A stretch of 30,815 bases of DNA from the NCBI GenBank assembly GCA_018817035.1, contig JAHIUV010000066.1, positions 1 through 30,815 of the forward strand, given 5' to 3'. The stretch comes from Candidatus Omnitrophota bacterium. GTDB taxonomy: Bacteria > Omnitrophota > Gorgyraeia > Gorgyraeales > Gorgyraeaceae. This document shows, one piece after another, positions 8,218-14,738 of this stretch. A program made the position numbers and the translations under genes. The notes below the pieces were generated by a model, which saw only the letters and a list, made by a program, of their open reading frames with translations, made no database searches and was not told the DNA's origin. Numbering within the stretch: position 1 is the stretch's first letter; each line of letters opens with the position of its first letter.

Positions 8218-9276
8218 ATGAAGGATATGTTTGTTCAGAGATTTCAAAATCTGCCCGGCGAAATCATGTTAAAAATCGCCAAGATTGATGAATTAAAAGG
8301 ACAATGGATTGCAGGAGCTAAGCTGAACCCGCAGGCTTTAGGAAGACTTAAGAAGTCAGTGCTTGTTGCTTCAACAGGAGCTTCAACCCGCATTGAAGGC
8401 GCCCGGCTTCCCGATGAAGACATAGAGAAGTTAATGCGCGGGATTTCTATGCAGAAATTTACAGATCGCGATAAACAAGAAGTTAAGGGATATTATGAGT
8501 TGCTGCAGAATATCTTTGCGTCATGGAAAAGCATTAATTTTTCAGAAAGCGCCATTAAACATTTTCACAAAGAACTATTGAAATACGTTGAAAAAGACAG
8601 GCTTCACAGAGGCGAATACAAGAAAACAGAGAATAAAGTTCATATGATTGACGGGGAGGGTAAATCAATAGGCATTCTTTTTGATACCACTCCGGCATAT
8701 CTCACGCCTAAAGAGATGCAGGAGACAGTGGAACAGGCTCAGGAAGCATTAAAAAATATAAAATATCACCCATTACTTATCATAGGAAATTTTCTTGTAG
8801 AATTTTTAAAAATTCATCCTTTTCAAGATGGTAATGGCAGGCTTTCCAGGATACTTACTAATATTTTGCTATTGAAAGTTGGTTATTTATATATGCCTTA
8901 TGTTTCGCATGAGAAGTTAATAGAGGATGACAAGCCTGATTATTATATGGCATTGAGAAGAAGCCAGAAGACTTTAGGGGCTAAAAGCACGGATATCTCT
9001 CCATGGCTTGATTTTTTCTTATCAGTGATACTTAAGCAGTCTCAAATAGCTATAGGTCTTTTATCCAAGGAAAATATCGAAAAACTTTTATCTCTAAAAC
9101 AACTTGCTGTCTGGCAGTATCTGCAATCTGTCAAAGAAGCTGCCCCTGGCGAGATCGCGAAATCCGCAAAAATAGCCCGCCCAACAGTAAATCAAGTATT
9201 AAATAAGCTTTTACAATTTAAGAAAATAGAACGTATCGGGCTAGGCAGAAGTACCAGGTATAGGGTATTATCCTGA
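8218..9276 (+). CDS. Fic-family protein (class II-type) with C-terminal winged helix
   Basis: Canonical catalytic motif HPFQDGNGRLSR, N-terminal inhibitory-helix motif STRIEG matching (S/T)xxxE(G/N), C-terminal wHTH-like region ending GLGRSTRY, and SD GAGGG. Confidence 0.9.
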   Translation: MKDMFVQRFQNLPGEIMLKIAKIDELKGQWIAGAKLNPQALGRLKKSVLVASTGASTRIEGARLPDEDIEKLMRGISMQKFTDRDKQEVKGYYELLQNIFASWKSINFSESAIKHFHKELLKYVEKDRLHRGEYKKTENKVHMIDGEGKSIGILFDTTPAYLTPKEMQETVEQAQEALKNIKYHPLLIIGNFLVEFLKIHPFQDGNGRLSRILTNILLLKVGYLYMPYVSHEKLIEDDKPDYYMALRRSQKTLGAKSTDISPWLDFFLSVILKQSQIAIGLLSKENIEKLLSLKQLAVWQYLQSVKEAAPGEIAKSAKIARPTVNQVLNKLLQFKKIERIGLGRSTRYRVLS

Positions 9277-9310
9277 TAGGGCATATTCTTTGCAACACCT
9301 TCCAAAATAT

Positions 9311-9724
9311 TGACAAATATGACATTTTGTACCGTTTTGGAAATTACCTACCAATCTGTCCCAGAATTGTGCTTCAAAGTGTCCCCTGGCCCCACAAGAG
9401 GGTGATTTGCTCAGGGGATTAGTGATTCACTTTATTTCCCCGGTCATAATTTCCTGCCCATCAGGCTATTGATTGATATTCCAATCCACTAGTATACCAA
9501 AATCCAAAAAGCATTTTATTTTAATGGAACCTCGGCGAGATCATCTGGGATCCTGACTAGGCCTCAATCGACGTGCGCTCCAAGCTAATGGTACAGCCTA
9601 TACCCTCGTGTGTCCTTGGATTGAGTTTGTGATTCCCGATGGAGTTTTTGTCTAACCTCTTAAAGAGGGGGATCAGGATGTCCTCCTTCCCATTCCCGCG
9701 ATAAAAAGCATCAAATTCTTGACT
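9311..9724 (+). repeat. Composite cassette-boundary repeat, copy R2 (most complete: A-B-C-D-E)
   Basis: 9311-9596 is near-identical to 12617-12889, and 9443-9596 is near-identical to 7885-8038. Confidence 0.95.
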
Positions 9725-9746
9725 TTTGGTGTAAATTTGTTATAAT
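9719..9746 (+). promoter_or_regulatory. Putative extended -10 promoter of the 595-aa gene
   Basis: TTGACT (9719-9724), 16 nt, TG-n-TATAAT (9738-9746). Confidence 0.7.
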
Positions 9747-9759
9747 ACGCTTAAATGCG

Positions 9760-9802
9760 AAGATAGCTGAAGGCCATGGGAAAAGCGGTCTTTTTTTGTC
9801 TT
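9760..9802 (+). promoter_or_regulatory. Leader hairpin with U7 tract (attenuator/terminator-like), homologous to 13086-13126
   Basis: AAGGCC (9770-9775) pairs with GGTCTT (9787-9792), AAGATA (9760-9765) pairs with TGTCTT (9797-9802), and there is a T7 run at 9791-9797. Confidence 0.5.
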
Positions 9803-9836
9803 GTAATATAAAGAGCTTTTAAAAGAGACTAAATAT

Positions 9837-11624
9837 ATGAGAAAGATTAATAAAATAATTAATATAGCCGTAGTCATATTTTTAATTTTTTGCACTATTT
9901 TACATGCTGATAACATAAAAGAAGAAAGTTGTTTACGTCCCTCAATAGGGAAACAAAAAACTTATGCCGACATAACAGAAAGAATGAAATTAAATTCAGA
10001 TATAATTTTTTCTAATATATTTGCAGAACAAGAGTTTCTAGGGGACTTAAATTCAGAAGCTTTTAGTATTTTGAGAACTATTTACGGAAAGAGGAGGGGC
10101 GATTTACCAGAAGAGATGTTTCTTGAGCATCGAGACTATCTCCTTTCTACCTTTGGGGAAATTAAGCCATTTCCAGATTTATACGATGTAAACTGTTATA
10201 AAATTTTATTTTTAAAAATACAAGCACTTGAAGCTTATTTTGATAAAATTGTTATACATTTGAATAAATTAGAGCCTTACGATGAGCTTAATGCCAAATA
10301 CAATGTTACTCAAAAACGTTCCGGAGATTTTAAAGATGGATATAATAACAATAGAGTTTCTTGGAAGCTAAGCGAATCAATCAATAATTTAAAAGAGAAA
10401 AAGTATAAATTTTTAGAGATTCCATTTATTTTTCTTAATTCATGGGATTATGCATTTGGATTCAATACAGAAGGCTATAATGATGAAGATATAAATTTGA
10501 TGTTTGATGCTCCAACTATTGCTTTATGCAAAGAATTAAAGGGTTATTTGTTATATCTTGACGAAGTCAATAAAGGCAAAGGAATTAACACTAATATATT
10601 TTTAGAATGTATAACGTATTTAGCGCTCCGAGATAGCTTTACACATGAAGAAGCAAGTATTCTCATACAGGCCCTGTTTCCTGAAAATTATACAAAAAGC
10701 GTTGATTCAGATAAAGCTTCAGGATTGTTATATAAAGCTTTGAAGGATTTAAGAACGGTTGAGATAGCCATAGGATATTTGACGAGGCCGAGGCGTTCTA
10801 GCTGGCCACATGATAGACATTACGCTTTTCAAGAAATTGGCAGCGCTGTTATGAGTAGGGAGGTATTAAAGTACGCCCCTTTTTATAAAAGACTGCTCAG
10901 AGCAATGTTGTTATTTTCATTTACTCCTGACCATTCTGATTTGGCAGTGTATGATGGTTATATTGGAGGATTTTTGTATAGTTTAAATGCTACGGATGAT
11001 TTGGCATTAGCTACTTTGTGGGCTTTAGATAATCCGAATAACTTTGATAAATCTAAATCAGTGCAACCATATACAAATTTAGAATTAGAAGGAAAGCATT
11101 ATTACGTAGCTTCATTAATAGCAAGAAGAAATCAAAACATTGTAGAGGATAAAGAAAAACATTTTACCCATTCTGAAAAAATAGAAATTTTATTGACTAG
11201 CCTTAGATACTGCAGGGAGTCCAATTGGGATTTTTATTCTAGCGAAGAATTTGAATTTATCCCTATAAAATTGTTACCTTATTTACCTGATTTAACAGAT
11301 GAAGATATGAAACTTATATTGAACGAATTGGCTGACATAGTTGATGAGACAATAAAAAAGTCATTGTATAAGCACACAGCGGAATTCCGAAGGCTTTCTA
11401 TAATATTGAAAGCTATTGAGAATTTTATTGAAATTAGACCTGAAATTTCGTTACCTGCAAAATTAGTTAATTCAATTAATTTAATTTCTAGGGATAAAAT
11501 TCTCCAAGATAATGAGTTAACGGAAATTATACAGGTTGATTCTAATGATGAGATGCAAAAGAACACAGGAGAAGATATTTTGTCGAAGGTCAAAAAACAC
11601 CGCAATTTTTTGATACAATTATAA
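9837..11624 (+). CDS. AT-rich hypothetical secreted protein, no recognisable family
   Basis: 595-codon ORF with a basic plus hydrophobic N-terminus (MRKINKIINIAVVIFLIFCTILHA). Visibly more AT-rich than the housekeeping genes. Confidence 0.75.
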   Translation: MRKINKIINIAVVIFLIFCTILHADNIKEESCLRPSIGKQKTYADITERMKLNSDIIFSNIFAEQEFLGDLNSEAFSILRTIYGKRRGDLPEEMFLEHRDYLLSTFGEIKPFPDLYDVNCYKILFLKIQALEAYFDKIVIHLNKLEPYDELNAKYNVTQKRSGDFKDGYNNNRVSWKLSESINNLKEKKYKFLEIPFIFLNSWDYAFGFNTEGYNDEDINLMFDAPTIALCKELKGYLLYLDEVNKGKGINTNIFLECITYLALRDSFTHEEASILIQALFPENYTKSVDSDKASGLLYKALKDLRTVEIAIGYLTRPRRSSWPHDRHYAFQEIGSAVMSREVLKYAPFYKRLLRAMLLFSFTPDHSDLAVYDGYIGGFLYSLNATDDLALATLWALDNPNNFDKSKSVQPYTNLELEGKHYYVASLIARRNQNIVEDKEKHFTHSEKIEILLTSLRYCRESNWDFYSSEEFEFIPIKLLPYLPDLTDEDMKLILNELADIVDETIKKSLYKHTAEFRRLSIILKAIENFIEIRPEISLPAKLVNSINLISRDKILQDNELTEIIQVDSNDEMQKNTGEDILSKVKKHRNFLIQL

Positions 11625-11661
11625 AAAGATAATTGTCTATGAATTCTATTATAAGCTAGTA

Positions 11662-11853
11662 TACCGTTTGCAAATCTGATCTTATAAGTGTCCCCATCTC
11701 CAAGATTGAATATGCCCCATTAGGGAAAATAGAGACAGCGTCCGTTTTCCCCAGTCATAATTTCCTGCCCCACAGTCTATTCCCAGATATACCAGTCTAT
11801 TTTGAAGGTGCAGACTTGTCTATGTATCTATGTGTTGAGTTTGTGATTCCTGC
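11662..11853 (+). repeat. Degenerate boundary repeat, copy R3 (decayed A, core B, C lost, D retained)
   Basis: TACCGTTTG and AAGTGTCCCC (11686-11695) from segment A, exact GTCATAATTTCCTGCCC (11754-11770), and GGTGCAGACTTG...GTTGAGTTTGTGATTCCTGC (11807-11853). Confidence 0.85.
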
Positions 11854-11882
11854 ACCAAATGTCGCTCAATTCTAATAAGACC

Positions 11883-11910
11883 TTGAAATAGACAATTTAT
11901 ATGATATAAT
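11883..11910 (+). promoter_or_regulatory. Putative extended -10 promoter giving a near-leaderless HEPN-MNT transcript
   Basis: TTGAAA (11883-11888), 16 nt, TG-n-TATAAT (11902-11910); ATG at 11920. Confidence 0.65.
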
Positions 11911-11919
11911 AGCGCCTAT

Positions 11920-12301
11920 ATGAAGAGCGAGACAAAGAATTGGTTAGACATGGTTGATTATGATTTGATAACGGCCAAGCAAATGCTTGAGACGAGCCGT
12001 TATTTTTATGTGTCATATGGCAATCGAAAAGGCTCTTAAGGCTATAGTTTGTGAAGAGACCGATAAAGTTCCTCCCAAAACCCATGATTTAATATATTTA
12101 ACGGGTCTCGGAAAGGTAAAATTGACCCCGGATACATTAGACTTCATAGGGATGATAAACAACGCCGGCATAGTAACTAGATATCCCGAAGATTTATCAA
12201 AGCTCGTTTCCAGTTATCCCGTAGATGTAGCCAAAGAATATTTACAAAAAACTCAAGAGGTAATAAAATGCATAAAACAGAACCCCGTATTGAAGGGATA
12301 A
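11920..12301 (+). pseudogene. HEPN-domain protein (COG2250-like) broken by a frameshift near 12000
   Basis: The frame from ATG 11920 gives the HEPN N-terminus MKSETKNWLDMVDYDLITAKQMLETSRY and stops at 12039. A different frame carries VIFMCHMAIEKALKA...PKTHDL...TRYP to 12301. Confidence 0.8.
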
Positions 12302-12591
12302 TAAAAGAGTATACGCAAGGTTTAAAAAAATTAGGCATTAATGTCGAGCGTGTAATTCTCTACGGCTCTTTTGCAGAAGGGAAGCACCGAATAGACAGCG
12401 ATATTGATATAATCGTAGTATCTAAAGATTTTCAATCCATGAATTTAAGAGAGCGGTTGGAGGTTTTGGGGGTTGCTGCAGTAAGAATAATGAAACCTAT
12501 TGAAGCAAAAGGCTATACTCCGGAAGAAATAAAAGAGGCATCCCAAGCTAGTTTTTTGAAAGAGATTTTAGAAGTAGGAGTCAGCGTTTAA
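12268..12591 (+). CDS. Minimal nucleotidyltransferase (MNT), putative antitoxin partner of the HEPN gene
   Basis: GS-x10-DxD motif (YGSFAEGKHRIDSDID), 107 aa, overlapping the HEPN 3' end. Confidence 0.88.
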   Translation: MHKTEPRIEGIIKEYTQGLKKLGINVERVILYGSFAEGKHRIDSDIDIIVVSKDFQSMNLRERLEVLGVAAVRIMKPIEAKGYTPEEIKEASQASFLKEILEVGVSV

Positions 12592-12616
12592 GGATTCTCT
12601 TGAAATTTATCCCATA

Positions 12617-12930
12617 TGACAATTTGACAATTTGTACCGTTTTGGAAAGTACCTACCAATCTGTCCCAGAATTGTGCTTCAAAGTGTCCCCTGGCCTTAC
12701 AAGAGGGTGAGTTGCTCAGGGGATTAGTGATTCACTTTATTTCCCAGGTCATAATTTCCTGCCCGTCAGGCTATTGATTGATATTCCACTCCACCAGTAT
12801 ACTAAAATCCAAGAAGCATTTTATTTTAATGGAACCTCGGCGATCCTGACTAGGCCTCAATCGACGTGCGCTCCAAGCTAATGGTATAGGCTTGCTCGGG
12901 TATCCATGGATTGAGTTTGTAATTCCTGCA
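12617..12930 (+). repeat. Composite boundary repeat, copy R4 (A-B-C-D; 12-nt deletion in C)
   Basis: Near-identical to 9311-9596 but lacks GAGATCATCTGG. Segment D matches R1. Confidence 0.95.
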
Positions 12931-13046
12931 GGAGTGCTTTCTAAACCAGTTGGATTATAGGAAAACAGCAGAAACAACCAGTAGAAAGATATCAGAATTG
13001 GCAGGGTAGGACGGTTGACAGTTACCTAAAATGGGGTTAATTCCTT

Positions 13047-13074
13047 TTGACTTCTCGTTAAAGTTTGATATAAT
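13047..13074 (+). promoter_or_regulatory. Putative extended -10 promoter of the 492-aa gene
   Basis: TTGACT (13047-13052), 16 nt, TG-n-TATAAT (13066-13074). Confidence 0.7.
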
Positions 13075-13085
13075 AATCATAAATT

Positions 13086-13126
13086 GGACAAAGGCAAGAT
13101 CATGGGGAAATGGTCTTTTTTTGTCC
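13086..13126 (+). promoter_or_regulatory. Leader hairpin with U7 tract, homologous to 9760-9802
   Basis: AAGATCAT (13096-13103)-ggggaa-ATGGTCTT (13110-13117), outer GGACAAA/TTTGTCC, and a T7 run at 13116-13122. Confidence 0.55.
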
Positions 13127-13166
13127 TGTAATATTAGCAGGTTTTAAAAGGGATTTTTAACATATT

Positions 13167-14645
13167 ATGCGAAAGTTAGAAAAATTGTTTTTCCTCCTGA
13201 TATCTTTTGTGATCATGATAGATAATATACCCATCATACCTGTCTGTGCTTCAGAAACCCTTAGAGTCCCGCTTTATTTTGAAAAGAAGGAAATTGCGGT
13301 CGAAGATATCAGGAAGATTTCAAAGTCTATATTAGACGAGTTTTTTAGTGGTAAGGTTGTATCTTCACCGATTGCCAAGGCGTTCTTGCAAGAGTTAGAC
13401 CCGAAGTCCTATAGCGCAGTAATAGTCAGTATGACGGAAAAATATTTTAAAAGAGAGACATTTTTCGATACAAATAAAAATGGAATTACTGAGATAGAAA
13501 AGAGGTTAGAAGGTTACGTTAAAAGAAGACGCTCTTTGGAATCTGAAGATCTTCAAAAATTCATGGAATTATTTTTAAGCCATATAAAAAAGATAGTCAG
13601 CGAGATTGAACGGGAGCCTCCTGTTCTCACTGACAATAAAAACCGCGCTATAAGCATTGATATACTATTAAATGATGCAGAGGATTTCGTTGAAGGACAA
13701 ATCAAAGATATCGAAGTAAAAACCAGGATAGCGGAATTATCAGGCAAGATTTATGCCCATGTTGCTATTGTCGACAATAAGGAGATGGACGAGCTTTTGA
13801 GTAAAATAACAAAAAAATATCTGCAACTGTTCGACCGTTTTAAGGAAGAAGCAGATCCTCGCGAATCGCCTTTCTCATCAAGTATAATTTACACAGACTA
13901 TCATCACCCTGTCAGCGGGTGGATGTTAGAATCTTCCATGATGGTGGATGGCGAGTATAATTTTAGATTAGCGAAACAGACATCCCTGCGGACATCTGAA
14001 TTGATTTCGCTTTTGGTGTTTGTCGACAAAGGAAAAATCACGTATTTTGCCCCCGGAAATGATATAGAAAAACGGGAAGAATATAGAGAGGGTATACTTA
14101 TGTCTACTCAGCCTATTCCTGGACGCTTGAAGGTAGTTGTTATTGATCCTTTATCCGAGGAGTTCCAGCGAGACGTTGAAGAAAAGCTGTATAGATACGC
14201 AGAAAGAGAATACGAAGTGCTAAGTAGGATAGAAGAAATAAATCGAATGGGTCGTCTATTAAGAGAGATATTAAATAATAAAAAACATCCTAAAAGAAGC
14301 GCCTTTCCCTCAGATGAAGATATAAAGAAAAGCATAAAAAAAATCGAAGAAGAAAAGGCCGGCCTAAATAAAGAATTGGAAATAGGAAGCATTACTGTAG
14401 ATAAATTAGAGCTCATGATAAGGGAGCGGGTTGTTGCCATAGAGAACCTTCCATCAGGAGCTTTTGCTAATGCTGGCGCAATGTCATTCCGGGATTTAGG
14501 CTTATCTTCTCCCTTGGACTTATTGCATGGTATTGATAAGATGTACCCAATTATAGAGCAACTTTTATTAAAAGGAAAATTTCCTGACAAAATACCAGTA
14601 AATAATTTTTTATTCCTACCGCGCGACACGCAAACTTACCTCTAA
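13167..14645 (+). CDS. Hypothetical secreted protein, charged and helical, no recognisable family
   Basis: 492-codon ORF with N-terminus MRKLEKLFFLLISFVIMIDNIPIIPVCA. Confidence 0.75.
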   Translation: MRKLEKLFFLLISFVIMIDNIPIIPVCASETLRVPLYFEKKEIAVEDIRKISKSILDEFFSGKVVSSPIAKAFLQELDPKSYSAVIVSMTEKYFKRETFFDTNKNGITEIEKRLEGYVKRRRSLESEDLQKFMELFLSHIKKIVSEIEREPPVLTDNKNRAISIDILLNDAEDFVEGQIKDIEVKTRIAELSGKIYAHVAIVDNKEMDELLSKITKKYLQLFDRFKEEADPRESPFSSSIIYTDYHHPVSGWMLESSMMVDGEYNFRLAKQTSLRTSELISLLVFVDKGKITYFAPGNDIEKREEYREGILMSTQPIPGRLKVVVIDPLSEEFQRDVEEKLYRYAEREYEVLSRIEEINRMGRLLREILNNKKHPKRSAFPSDEDIKKSIKKIEEEKAGLNKELEIGSITVDKLELMIRERVVAIENLPSGAFANAGAMSFRDLGLSSPLDLLHGIDKMYPIIEQLLLKGKFPDKIPVNNFLFLPRDTQTYL

Positions 14646-14657
14646 TAAAAAGTAGAA

Positions 14658-14738
14658 AAGTATCCCCTTTTCCCCGGTCATAATTTCCTGCCCGTCAGGC
14701 TATTGATTGATCTCCTGCCTTAATAGTATAATTAATCC
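14658..14738 (+). repeat. Boundary repeat copy R5, which is the native upstream/promoter region of the beta-propeller gene
   Basis: 14677-14711 GTCATAATTTCCTGCCCGTCAGGCTATTGATTGAT is identical to 12748-12782. TTGATT (14703-14708), 18 nt, TATAAT (14727-14732); ATG at 14739 is 7 nt after the -10 box, suggesting a leaderless mRNA. Confidence 0.85.

Noticed and set aside
11720-11760. Minus-strand AGGAA-ATT-ATG-ACY-GGG-GAA start-like signal in the repeat core (MTGE...)
   Set aside because: The downstream reading frames are short and not conserved between copies, so there is no supported divergent gene.
12771-12977. 68-aa minus-strand ORF inside R4
   Set aside because: The equivalent frame is stopped in R1 and R2; it is open in R4 only because of the 12-nt deletion.
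7885-14738. Classical integron (attC array)
   Set aside because: No integrase in the window and no RYYYAAC...GTTRRRY pairs with attC geometry at the gene ends. The one AAC...GTT hairpin (7833-7877) spans only about 45 nt, has paired spacers and a non-matching right core, so a terminator fits better.
7885-14738. CRISPR array
   Set aside because: The repeats are 80-400 bp and separated by whole genes; there are no cas genes.
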